From: Microthyrium microscopicum
Lineage: Eukaryota
NCBI GenBank assembly: GCA_010405405.1
Contig: MU004230.1
Coordinates: forward strand, 1,460,627 to 1,524,626
Direction of reading: 5' to 3'
Length of the DNA: 64,000 nucleotides
In this document: in pieces, positions 31,861 to 44,917 of the stretch
Layout of the letters: every line of letters starts with the position of its first letter
Numbering within the stretch: position 1 is the stretch's first letter
Position numbers and translations under genes: made by a program
The notes under the pieces: model-generated
Seen by the model: only the letters and a program-made list of their open reading frames with translations
Told to the model about the DNA's origin: nothing
Databases searched by the model: none

Positions 31861-34800
31861 CTACGAGACCTGCTTCCCCGTCTCTGCTTCGGGCGCCCAG
31901 CCTCGACCACCTTGCCGACCAGTTTGCGTTAAGCCGCCGAGTAGCTCCTCTGGCGGAATGCGTTGTAGGTTGTCGTTGCCTGGTGGAGGTGAAGGTGCGG
32001 CGACGTAGCCTTGGGCTCGGCGGCGTAGGATTTCGGCTGCCATGCCAGCGCCTATGATAAGGAAGATTAAAGCAAGGGAGATGGCGAGGCCGATAAGGAC
32101 AATGAAGCCCAGAGCAAGATGATTGGCTAGATTGCAATGTTAGTTTGGTGTTAAAGATAGGTATGGATATGGATGACTTACCAGATTTGAAAAAGTTTAG
32201 TGGGTTTGCGACGAAAATACCCGCCACGCTGCCGGGGCTGCCTTGCGCATTATTGGTGAGCAAGAATGGTGTAAATGTCGTGCCGTTGAATAGAGCGGCG
32301 GATGCTTGGCCAAAGGACGTAATGTTGAGAGAACCAAAGACAAGAAGTGCATTGTTCTGGTCGAGCAGTGGTGTCTTATCATGGTTTTTAGTCAGGGTGA
32401 AGACTTGTAGGCCACGGATGATTGAGCCAGCGCCAAGACCTGTGACAGTGTTCCATTTGGAGCCGTCCCATTTAGCGAGGAAGGGAGTGTCTTGAGAAGA
32501 GCCGCCGATCCATGCCATGGAGCCGTTAGAACTGGCAGGTGAAAGAGCGGTGATGGTGCCCGAGGGGACGCCATTAGTGCCTGAACCACCGAATGCTTGA
32601 GCCTTGGAGTCGTAGAGGGCGACAGACATGGCGGTGTTGTTGACGGTGAGGTTACCGGCGACAAGGAGATGGGTATTGTCGACCCAGGTCATGGTTGTGA
32701 CTGTGCCTTTGAAACCATTGGCGGGACTGGTCCATTGATTGCGGGTGGTATCGTAGATGCAGAGTCCAGGGCAAGGGAAAGTTCCAGCAGAATCGAAAGA
32801 GCCTCCAACATATATCGATTGGGTGTTAGGCTGTGCTGCAAGAGCATTGACGGCAACAGTATCTCCCTGTAGAGCTTGAGGTTGGATCTTTGCGAAGTCT
32901 GAGGTAGAGATGTTGTAGACGAAAAGACCGTTGACTTGAACACCGGCAGCAGTACCAGAAACAGAGCCACCAGCGAATACCGCGTCATTTGCAATGGCGA
33001 CAGCAAGAACTGTTGAATCAGCGCTGATACCAGACGCAACACCAGTAACATTATCTCCTTTTGTACCATCGATGATAATTAGGTTATTTAGCGTTGACCC
33101 ATTTGATCCAGAAGCACTAAAGTGGCCACCTAAAACCGTATAGTTTTTGTTGTTCGCAGTGTAATATGCACCAGCCACGACACCTGTCGCATTGGAGCTA
33201 GACGTGCCGTTGGTAGACATTATTTGTGGAATCTTAAGATGGCCAGGGAAAGCTTCGAGAGCGAGAGATTTTGAGCCAGTGAGTTCCAATGCACCGTTTG
33301 CGCCAAGGTCAAAGGACGCGACAGATCCGGCAAAAAGCGAGGGATTGTTGGGAATATCAGCTCCGGCAGTTATAAGTCCAGTCACGGCTATCGTTGGCAC
33401 ATTCAAGTTTTGAAGCCAATTGTTTTTCGAAGGCACCCAAATGGCAAAGTTGTCGACTGAAATTGCCGAAGTCGAGCCAAATGAATTGATCTGGTTGAAC
33501 GCACCGCTGATAGCTAGAGCCGTGGTTGATGTCTTGCCCGCAGGATTCAGGTTGAGTTGAAAAGGTACGATGTAAGAGACACTTCCTTTGACTCCGCCTC
33601 CAAGAGCAGTCCACTTGTTTGAAGCGGTATTGTAAGCAGCGATTCCGTTCAAGCCAGACGGTCCGTTGGTGTTGATAGTGCCGTTGAATGAGCCGCCAAC
33701 AAAAAGAGTATTTCCAGACGGGTACATTGCTTGCACGGGCCCATTAAGTCCATGGTCGGCAGGGCTGGTCGCATTGCTGCCAATGGAAAAGAAGTTGCTA
33801 TAGTCGCCAGAATGGAAACTACCACCAACGTACAAAAGTCCGTTTTGGGTGATGACAGAATTGACAAGAGCACCAGAATCCAGGGCCGTGGCTGCCGAAT
33901 CAATACTAGATTGCTTAAAGTTCATATTGACCGTTTTATTGCTCGGGACGTATTCGAACAGGCCATTCAATCCACCACTAGTTGTGACAAGGTCGAATTT
34001 GACGCGTTGTGCAACTATTGTCAGCGGTCCATTCTGGCCTGTACTTGGCGCCACGGTCACTGTTGGTTTGAATGAACTGGAAGAAAGATCGACACGGCCA
34101 AGGAAAATCTGGTCAAATTTATCAAAGTTGTTGGTCTGCGCGATGTCGACCGAGAAAGAGGGAGATGTATTGCTCGTTTGGGATCCAAGAGTACCAGAGA
34201 CCGTGACTCTACCACGATTGCTACAGGAGTCGTCTTGGATACAGCCTGGTGTGAAAAGGGTAACCGAGTAGTTGCCAGCTTGTTGAATATCGGGAGAGAA
34301 TATGACTTTGTTATCATCAGGATTGATAGCGCCAGTCAAGGAATTCGAGAGGTAGTCAGGCCCTGTAGTTGATTGCTTAGTAGTCCAAGTTCCGACAGTG
34401 GTAACGGTAGCTGGATTTGCGACGTCAGGACAGTTCGGTTCGTTGAAATTTTGGATAGCGAAGGTGTAAATATCGTTCTGATACATCTCAAGATCACTCA
34501 AACCAGCGGCTGTGCCGTCCATGAAAGGCGCCAAGTTGAGTTGGAATCCATTCATTCCCACGGGATTAACGAGGTGAAAGTCTTGGACTGATGTATTCCC
34601 CTTTGGCATAGGACATGTTTGATCGCAATACTGCGTGATCCCATTGGGATCGACGTAGCTCAAGTTCAAGATTCCGCCAAGTGGTACAGCTGTGAAGTAG
34701 AAAGTCTTTGTTCCGGTGGTCTGGGAAAAGCTGTTGCGCAGCCGAAGCAAAGTGGGATTGAATCCAAAGGGAAATGTCGCTTGAATTTGGCATGGTGCAT

Positions 34801-35620
34801 CATTGGCGCACAGGAAAGCATTTCCTGGTCCATCCGTGGTTGGATCCTTGCAAATGATATTACTGACGTTACCCAAGTTAGCAATAGTGGTTGCTGGGCT
34901 GCCCGTGAGTGTGGCCGATGTCAGTGGCACCCTTTGTCCATCATGAGGTTTAGGGGTTGTCGAGTTTCCAAGACCATCAAAGGAACCACCGAATACAATA
35001 TTTCCATTCGCCTCTTTTGCAATTGATGTTACCGCGCCATTGAACCCGACAAACGGAAGTGCTTTTAGGCCATTGGATGTCCAAGACACTGCATTTGATG
35101 TGTTGGCAGCTGAAAACATGCCGCCAATGTAGACGATACCCGCGGATGAATCGCATAATAATGCGTTGACTTTACCACTCAATCCGCTAATCGCCTGCAC
35201 CTTTGACGTGTCCGGATTATAGAGCGCAATGCCGGGTGATTCCACTCCTCCTAAACTGGTGAAGTTTCCCCCTATAAACACGCCTGTAGTTTTTCCACTT
35301 GTTTGCAGGGTACACATGGAGTATATGTACGCGTCCGATGCCTCCAGGGTCGCGAACGCGCCGGTTGGATATCTTGAGAGTAATGACAGCTTGCCATTTG
35401 TATTTACTGAGTTACTCGATTGTTGGGTGTAGTCGTAGAGAGATGCAGCGGCAAAGTCTCCTACTACGGCGACGCGGCCTAATTGTGAGATGTCGAGATT
35501 TGAGGATAGCGCGGGGGGAAAGGTGATGGTTCCGGATACAGGGATCGCGAGGTATGAAGTTGCCACGAGAATCGTCGTGACGAGCTCAGTGGAGCTCAGT
35601 AATGTGCGTAATAACCGCAT
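31861..35620 (-). CDS. RAX2: Cell polarity cortical marker Rax2 (signal peptide, large beta-rich ectodomain, one TM helix)
   Basis: Exon 35620-32182, intron 32181-32127, exon 32126-31861 encoding the TM segment LALGFIVLIGLAISLALIFLIIGAG followed by RRRAQGY and RIPPEELL. Repeated (F/Y)(I/V)GG motifs. Confidence 0.88.
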
Positions 35621-37388
35621 GGCCGCGGTATTTGGATGTAAGAAGACGTGAAGTTGAGGGTTTCGCGCAGGGCGATTAAATTAGAAATTAGAATTGGGTA
35701 GCGAAGAGCCTCTGCAGGTAGCGTGGCCTTGGGAGTGGATATCCCAGTCGGCAATTGCTGCAGGCCAGCTAGTCCGATCGAGGCGGTACGATGGACTTGG
35801 ATGCAGAGCTGGAGCAACTGAAAGTGGGAATAATTGAAACGAAAGAATATGCAACCGCGTGAGGAGCAGTATGCAAGGTAGTAAAAATGGTAACAGGTGC
35901 GTCCAGGTGTAAAGGAGGTCGGCCTGGGATCCTGGAATAGGCGGGCGCGCGGGAGTGTAATTACGAGGGAAATGCGGGAGTAACAATGCGACGAGCGATT
36001 CGGTCCAGGAACAAGTACCAAATACTGGTAGGAGCAGGTGTATTAGATGAAACCGAACAGGGCAACCAGAGGCCTGGCGATGAAGCTTGAGATCTCGAAA
36101 ATAAGACTGGGGTCGGATAGGCTATTAAAGAAAGATTGAATGAATAAAAGGCCAGGGTTGGCAGTCGTGTGTACCAGGTAGCTAGGCGGTCCTTAAACGA
36201 GTGACAGGAATTAGGAAGGTCGTTTATTGATGGATTTGATGCAAAAGCATGTTTCAAAGGAGTGAATTGATGAAATGAATGATAGGAAACCCTCCACAGT
36301 CCAGCGTCGTCGTCCTGCTGTCCTCGTCAAAACCCGAAACACTTTGCAAAGGTACGGCAAAAGTGGTGATGATGGGAAAGAGAGGAAGAGGAGAGGTTGC
36401 GTACAGCAGTAGATTGTGTTTCTTTTGGCAGACAGGCGAAGGGTGCAGCAGCTCAGCGATCCACACATTGATCCGCGTCTGGGGACCAACACAAGACGAC
36501 GAAACGAGACTTTACCGTTGCAGGCTTGCGTTCTCTGGACTTTGGGTCAAGTCTGGTGCCGTTCTCGAAGGGAAAAGGGACGGACGGATAATTTGGGATA
36601 TCAGCCTCATCAAAGAAACAACCAGTTGAAATGCAGCATTCCAGCCGTAGCGCAGCAACACCTCGATCCACTCGAAATTGATTGGAAGAACAACGCCATA
36701 AATCTTTACAACTCACGCTAATTCCAGCCTCATGAACCATGCTTTCGCCCAAACGACCAAGTCACCATCATCTCTTTCCTGCCCCTGACAAACGAGACTG
36801 GCTTTCTCCACTCTTTGAACCAGATCTGGATCGGAGAATAAACTGTGCCTGTTTTGGAGCCGCTGAGCTTTACAGTAAAGTCTATTTATCCTCCGCGTTG
36901 CTGGCGAGCCTGACTCCTCTACCAAAGCATCGCACTAAAAATACAACAGGGAGAGTGATTGCCTTCCCTTGCCGAGTATGAACACTACATGAGAACATTT
37001 GTCCTACGGCTAACCGTCAACGCCGAACCAGGACGTCGGCCCTATTGTGAAACCCATATCAAAAACCTCTTGGCTATAAGGGATGATACTACAAACTGTT
37101 ATGCTTACGGTGGTTGAAGTCAACAAAATATAGGGCAATGTGCTCTTATGCATCATGCACATACCCACATATAATCTTCAAGACGCGTTCCTGACTACTG
37201 CACCTCTCTCGATCTGGGCAAAACACCAAGAGCTGCTAGCACACTATCAAAAAGAGTATTATTTGTGCTACCCTTCAAAAACACTGCTGGTTACAAAAAC
37301 TTGTCTGTCAATTTCCAGGTAACTTATAACAACAAGAACATGTACTCATAGACTCGTAATCATTATCAATGGCACAAAACCATAGCCA

Positions 37389-38678
37389 TTAGACATCATT
37401 GTATCCGATCAGACGTCTTTCCAGTCCTTTGTCTGCAACTGCCCATGCCCAAGCGCGTCCAGCTTCACCTGTCCAAAGTGATGCTGGGTCGTCAGAAGCT
37501 TCCATCATACGGTCTTTTTCCAACGCTTTCATCTCATGTCCAGTAGAAAAGGTCAGGAAGTGTTCAAGATCTGGATCTTCAAGTGCCAACGCGTTTCCAG
37601 AGATACCATGGCAAAGACATGGCTCTTTGGTCAGCAATCCTCTCTCGAGAATGCACTCTCGTCCTCGAGCAATCGCTCGGTCGATCTTGTTCTGTAGTTT
37701 TGGAAAGTACTTCCGGATAGACATCAAAGAGATGACAACTCCCGGCGCTCCATGACACACCTGGACCAAGCGATCTCGACCAGGCGGTATCGAAGACGGC
37801 CAATTGCCACTATCATACTGATACGACAGCAAAGCAACCAAATCCGCCTCGAGTTTCGGAGCCCACGATCCATCTGTAAGCACAATCTGCGTGATAATGC
37901 CAATCGCGCCATGCACAGCACCAACTACCAACAATTAGCCGACTTTCACAACATCAAAACGCAACAGATACGTACCATAAGCCTTTCCATGCCACTTCCA
38001 CGGCCGTGGACTCTCCATAATCAACTCAATAACCTCATCCGCCGTATCATCAATCAAGTCCAACACCTCCCGATCATCCGCAAAGCACACCCGAACCAAC
38101 CTCAACAAATACAAATACCCCGCCCGACCATACAACCACTCGTTATCCGCACCCGGTTCCGTCGTCGTATTCGCAAACTCACACAACTCCTTCACCAAAT
38201 CCGCATCCCTCGTACTCGCCGCATCAATCGCCACCATCGCCATAATATCATCGCTAACTCCACATTTCTGTGCTTCCGGGCCTGGGTAGCTCTTCATGTG
38301 GTTCTCCGCCTGCTTCAGATAGGCGGCAGACCAGACGGCGAGGGGCTGCTCTTCGACGAGCATCTCGGGATACATGCGTTGCAGCACGAAGAACAGGTAG
38401 GCGATGCTGACGGGGCCGTAGTAGAGGCCGCCGCCGGGTGGGATTAGTTGGGGTGGGTAGGATGTTAGGAGACGGGTTAGGCTGGCGATGAGCTGTTTTT
38501 TGGGATCGCGGCGGGTGGTGGGCGCATCGTTTTTGAAGTAGCGGGGCCGGTGGTGAGAGTCGGCGGGAGGTGGGTCGAGGTCTTCGCGGGGCTTTGCTTT
38601 TGAGGAGGAGGGTTTGGATGAGGAGTGCTTGGAGGAGTGTTTGCGCTCATGGCGCTCGTGATCTTCTGAGTTGGTCAT
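37389..38678 (-). CDS. Lanthionine synthetase C-like protein (LanCL family)
   Basis: Exons 38678-37976 and 37924-37389. EWLYGRAGYLY, YVGAVHGAIGI, GNWPSS, QVCHGAPG and CLCHGISGNA (Zn-ligand Cys/Cys-His motifs), SLWTGEAG. Confidence 0.88.
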
Positions 38679-39343
38679 TGGGTTTAGATTGGCGGGGAGA
38701 TAGGTTGTGGGTTTGTTGTTTAGAGAGGAGCGCAGGCGACGAGACTGGTGTAGATGATAATATAGGCTCAACAGGCTGCGTCGGGTCTTGGTCGGCCAGT
38801 CGGAGATTTAATGGGAGCGGTAGGTTGTCTTGGCTGTCGGATGGTGAAGTTGGGCGAACTGAGTCTCTCAACAAAGTCTGACGATGTGGGGCATGCGCCG
38901 TGACGTATCTGAGCATCCAGGCGCCATTTATCTTGTCCTTCAGTTCACGCGCTCAGCTGTTTTCATTCCCCAAAATTTCACTTCCTGATCATAACGGACA
39001 TTAAATGAAGATACGAATTCTTGATATAATATTTTATGTGGTTCTATATAGACTACCAGCAACGACGAGATAGGTGAGATGCCATTATATCGCATCCATC
39101 GTCTGTTTTAGTACTACACAGGTAATAGTAGTAATCAGCATATACCATGCAATTAATCTAGTAGTAGGCAATCCCTATCCTCATGAGACGTGTGACTTAT
39201 ATGCCTGAAAATGGAAACAGCCAACTACTGGTTGAACAATAACGCTTCGAACCTAGAAAGGAGCCAAAGTAGAACAAAGTAGAACAAAGTCTATAAAAAA
39301 GAAAGAGAATATCCAACTCCATTGCAATTCCATTGCAACTCCA

Positions 39344-41834
39344 TCATGCAGAGGATTTAGGTGTAATAGCTTCAGGAGACTCTCCAGCATCTCTAGAAGT
39401 CGCCGAGTATTGCTCCAGAGCAGCGTCTGTTGAGAAACCTGAAAACACCGAAACGCTCGCGTTAGATAATGACGTTGTTCTCGTTAGTGGGGGAGTATCT
39501 TCTCCCATGGTGATGTCCTCCATGGACTGTGTAGATTCTGGCCCGGGTGGTTTGGCCATTGATGAATCGGGAACGCCCACCGAGCTGATATGACTTGCAG
39601 CTAGGCTAGGCTTTTCTTGAAGATTTCGAAGCATTGCTCTTGAAGTGTCAAGCATTTGAACTGCGTAGTCCAGAAACTCGGCGCGGTTACTGCTGACACT
39701 CAACGTCCAGCGATATTCTTGAAGTCGAGTCTTGTAAAAGTCGGCTTCTTCTTTGGCAGGAGCAGTGGCCAGCAGAAGACCACCAAAAGTACCGATCAGA
39801 GTAAAGTTGATCTTGGATGGAAAGTACCAAAACGCTTGCAGATGCTCAGGTCGAAGACGATTGACAAAGTCCATGGCTGAAATGAGCCGGGTTTTGGCGG
39901 CTGAACGGCAGATGTATAGCAGATATGGTTTTGATGTATCATTGCTAAGGGATTGCACTATTCTTCGATGAAGTGTGATCTCTGTTGCGAAATATGCTAG
40001 ATGGAGGAAGCCTGAAATGGTCAGTTGACAATACAATATCATAATATTAATAACTTACCAGCTGGTGCTAGTCTTCCCTTCTGCACGTTTTCCATTCGAA
40101 CACATGGCGGCATTTTTGTGAACCATTCCTTCAACTTGATCTGAACAGGCTTTGCACGCTCCAATATCATCTCTGTTGATTTACTTCCGGCTTTGGCGAA
40201 GTCACGGATTGCAGTCTGAGTATAAAATGTATCCATGACTTCGGCCATGATACCTGTCAAAGCTATCATGTGAGAGAATAGGACATGCCCTTGTTCCATC
40301 TCTTCCTTTTCATTCTCGTTTTCGGATCCAATGTTTGGATTTACTTGGTTGTCAAATGCATTGTCGTCTTCTGTGATGGGCTTAACGGCCCAGTTGGCTG
40401 AGAAGATATGAGAGGGTCGACCGTGAATGAGCGAACTCCATTTATCTTGCATATATAGAGCCCAGGCGATTCTTTTTCTCAGACTGCGTTCCCACTGGGG
40501 AATTTCCCAGTCAGAACAATCCAAGTGAAGTCCGAGCTCCTGTCCAATGGCAACCAGTTGTGTAGTAAGACTCCACGAATCAGCTTCCGGCCGTTGGAGA
40601 AGTAATAGACCAGCCTGGACAGTAGAAAGTTTCGGTCGTTGCATGGCCTGGGACAAGGATTTTGAGGCGATCGCATCTAGTCTCGCTACATCAGGTCGTT
40701 GGTGTTTAACAAGGCTGTTGTCGAAATTCCACCAATTCAGAGCTAGCAGGTACATGCCTGCAAGTAATGATGGAGCAATATTTTTGCTTTCTCCGCGGCG
40801 AATTCTATCCATAAAGACATGTTTCTGAATTATTGGAAAGGAAGGGTGAACGACACGAAAGTAGATATCAAGCAGTGCTGGCCCATGAGGAGACACTATG
40901 CGGCTTATTGATTCCATTGCCTCTGCTTCATCCGCGTAGTCTTGCGTGGTGTCGTCAGAATGCATGATAAAAGTTTCATTGTCATTAACTCTCCGCAAGG
41001 TTCCAAGGGAAAGAATACTCTCGTTCCTTGAGTCAAAGGTAGAGAGTCCTATGAGCAGGGGCTCGAATGGCGAGCTCAACCCAAGGTGGCGACCGTGTCT
41101 AGAACTCTGCAAACCCAAGCTCTCTCTTAGGATTTTGTTTTCAATAAGCCGGTTGGGTACAACAGGAGGAGTTTGCGGCAATTTCGGTGCAAAATTTTTG
41201 GGAGCCTTGAGCGTTTGGGGGGATGGTACTTCCACAGATCTGCAATGCAACACTTTTGGTCAGCACATTCATATGGCGGAGCTCGCGTGACTGCGCAGAC
41301 AAGGCTGGGCTAGAGAGCAAGACATCATACACGTTGCAGCACTGAAAAGTCTCAGACGCAAAGCACCCCACAGCCAATGGACAGCCAACGAGGTACGAGG
41401 CATTTTCCAAGGGTGCAGCATATGCAGCGTAATTGGGCAGCACCAGCAGCAACAAGCAGATCAACGAGGGGGCCGTACCTTTTCTTTGCACTGGCGTCTT
41501 TGAGATCGGAGGCCGCCTGTACTTTCCGTTTGCGCGGCTGGGGGTCTTGAAGAAAGGTGCAAGATTGCTTGTGAAAGTCACACAGGACGCAGATTGTGGC
41601 GCCGGGGTTAATCACGCATCGACTCTTCCTCCGCCGGCAAGCATCGCAGGGGCGCTCTCTTCGTGAGCGGATGTTTGACAAGCCAGCTATGTGACTAGAG
41701 GTTGGTTTTGGTACGGATAGAGTGAGTTCGTCCTTGCCGGAAGTAGGACGACGAGGGGCTTGAGAGAGAGCGGAAGCAATGGGTACAGGACTACTAGAGG
41801 GCATCATTGCGGGCTGGATAGCAACGGCCATCAT
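39344..41834 (-). CDS. tamA: Zn(II)2Cys6 transcription factor, TamA/Dal81-like (nitrogen regulation)
   Basis: Exons 41834-41479, 41239-40059, 40011-39344. RPCDACRRRKSRC...CVLC...C cluster; Fungal_trans domain with LGLHLDCSDW and RKRIAWALYMQDKWSSLIHGRP; C-terminal FWYFPSKINFTLIGTF. Confidence 0.8.
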
Positions 41835-44800
41835 GACTACTTTGGTAATCGCTCGATATCTTCCGACTTTGCCTATAGGAGTCGCCTGGTATTGGGGGGA
41901 TGTTGGACAACGATGAGTAGTCGACCAATCAGAAGCCGGGATTCCTTATCAACTTGGCTGCAGAGATAGGAGGGATGCAGGTGAGCAGCGTAGCCCGATC
42001 TACGCTGTTGCGGAATTCGCGCGGGGTGTGCAGCGGAGTTCTAGCTCCGTGGAAATATCCTCTAGAAGGCACTACAATTGTCAGCTTCTGGAATCTTTCC
42101 TTTGTGTGGGCAATTCAGTCCTCATGCAGTGCAGCGGTGGTCGCGAGGCTCGTTGAAGACTGTCTGCAAGGCTGAAAACAAGCCTCGAAGGCTAGAAGCA
42201 CAGACAGAAAGGCCACGAGCCGCGGCCAAGGCATGGTTTGCTTCCAGTCTGCAGAATGTCCCACGGATTGAGCCGCCTCAGAAGCAAAAGTAGTGCTTGA
42301 TATTCAAGCAGTACTGCTAATGCCTTCGGCGCGGATTGACGAGAGCATGTGTTGTAATACTCAAGCTCGTAGCTGTGAAGAGAACGTACCTGCAGCAAAT
42401 GACGATTCCTCCACAGTCCAAACACCCAACGGCTGCCAAGGGGAAGATCCTCTGACTGATCTCTCCAGATCTGGGGTAAAACTGTCACTTCTCAAGTTCT
42501 CACAGGCTGGTTCAGGGTCCGATTTTAGTTGTTGCGACCAGAAAAAAGAAAACCACTGGTCCTGAGTTCTCCTATTGACAGATTTACCAGCAAAGAGTTT
42601 TGACCAAACACTGAATTTCTGGTACTCCTTTTGGTGTTCAGCTGGAGAGATGGCTTATTGTAGCCTGTAGGCTTGCAAGAAGCACAAGATAATGGAGGGA
42701 TTTGGATGTCATTGAATTTGATGATGAAGATGCTGCTTGCAGAGGAAGTAACCAGAGGGACAACAAATCCAGCAAGAAAGGGGATGATGTTGAGTTTGTA
42801 GAGTTGTGGTTCAAGAATAATTCTTGAAGCACGACCACAATGGTTGTTTGAGAGTTACTGGATAATATCCAGACTCGAATTAATAGGTAGCGCCGACGGC
42901 GAAAGGAAAGAGTAATAAGATCTCAGCGTGGACGGCGAGTGCTTTGGTTACGGAAGGGGCTCTTTTTGAGTATTTGGAGTCAAGGCAGATCGTTGGCAGA
43001 GAGTAACAGCCAGGCCTGGAGTTTGATTCTCATTTCGTAAGATGAACCGGCATTATTTCCATGTGCCTGCATTGTTGCGCCTGCTAAGATAAGGATGTCG
43101 TCGCTGTGAAAGGTCCCGCTGTTTTAACGTAATTCAATTAGCCGCCAAAACCTTGTTCAGGCCAAATCATTTAAGGGACTAACTTGGCAGAATAACGGCT
43201 CCAGACACTGCCTGCCATGTGCAGGTACATCTTCACACCAGTCGGTTATTCCGTCAGCTCAACCAGAAAGCCCAAATGCGCCGTCGCCCCCACTGACCGT
43301 GCTGCCTTGTGTTGGCGCTTCTTTTTAATGCGACGATGCTCATACGTCCACACGTCGGACCGCCGACTTCATTGTTCAATATGCAACAAAGTCTACCCAA
43401 TTCCAGGCATCCGATTTTCGACGTATCAAAACACCCAATGTACAAACGCGACACCTCTTGTCAACTATCAAAAGACGGTGCGACCTTGTCTCTCTCTTGT
43501 CTCTACTGCAATGCTGCATCAATATCTCTGCAATGTCTCTTTCGCTAGTATCTTTACCTAATGAACTGCCAAACTGGACTGCCTGCTTCCCTGTGTCCAG
43601 TACACACTGGGAACCAAGCGACGATACGTGCCAATTCAAAGATATCATGCCTGTGCACTTGATATCAAATGGTGGGCGCTCTTCATCAGGCTTCAAGTCT
43701 GACTCCGGCAATGGTATCTTCGGATTTGGCAGACTTAGTTTCATGCTGCCTCTTTTCATGGTGTCACTGTGCTCTTACAAGACAAATCAACAACAAATCA
43801 TCAGGTCATTACTGCGCACACGTCAGACAATACTCCAGGTCGCACGCTCTTTCACCCGACATATTGTTATAATTGGACAAGACGCGTTAACAATTACCTG
43901 ACGAATTGAAGATGCGTGCAACCAGTTTGTGTTTCAGGCTCAGTTGGCTCTCCAAGCTCGGAGCTTTGCGGCTGCATTGGTACTCTTTACGTAACTTACA
44001 CCTTTCCCAGCCTTATAATAGGTATGATCTCCATACAGCCCTCGAGCTAGAAGATAAGAGCTCAAAGTTTACGAGATAGGTACTTTGGATGGTCTTACAA
44101 CAGGTATTGTGAATAACTAGAAATGCACAAAGACAAAATGGTCAACTATATTAGGAAGCACAGCGGTATATCGAGCTGAACAAACCTTGATAGTCAACCA
44201 TTGTGACCTTCAACTACTGGACTATTCTAGGAGAATATCTGCGACTCAGATAGGTCGATCTGGTAACCCCTAGAGGAGACTATCATTGTAAAGGAGTAGC
44301 ACCAGGAATCATCCTGGTCTCAATCATCAAGCTAATCTTTGTACTAAATCGAGCTTGGCTCTATAAAATCCCCTTTAGCTTTGACAAGATAGCCTTGGTG
44401 TTTGACGGGAAGTCGTACAGAAGTTAGACCGCCAGAGGGGAAATATCCAAGACTAGAGTACACTGCCAGGACATAAACTTCACTATACACTTCATACTCT
44501 CTCCTATACACTCACTTTCAAAAGCGGACCCGCTATCATTAGAGTACTTGAGCATCATAGATCTATTAACTGCCTTGTCGCTATCGAACAGATCAATATC
44601 TGATCATAATCATCAATATCAAGCAAGGATTCCGCAGGGAAAGAATACCCGCTCACCCGTGTAGGATCCCGCCATATAAATTGAATTCTTAAACAGAAGC
44701 AACGGGATATCCAATGTTCCAGCAACGAGCATCAAGCAAACGGACACGAGATAACAGCTCACAAGTTCACTGGAAGATCATTGTTCAATGGAAGAAATTG

Positions 44801-44917
44801 ATTATATCCCACTCAAATGCCCTTTTTGACAAAGCGCTCCCAAAACTCCAAACATCCTGTTCCTGGTATCATGCCAATGATCGCAAATCTATTAATAATA
44901 CGCATCCAGTTTCGTGT

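Noticed and set aside
31778..32180. ORF-track C-terminus of the 1280-aa RAX2 ORF
   Set aside because: It reads through intron 32127-32181; the spliced frame supplies the expected TM helix and ends at 31861.
39266..39291. Short 10-bp repeat (CAAAGTAGAA) x2.6, and an imperfect AAGATGTA repeat near 52932-52962
   Set aside because: Ordinary slippage repeats in UTR-like DNA.
43533..43901. MSLSLVSLPNEL, an F-box-like start in the TamA-MFS intergenic region
   Set aside because: The sequence after the motif does not continue as an F-box; at most an unrecognisable relic.
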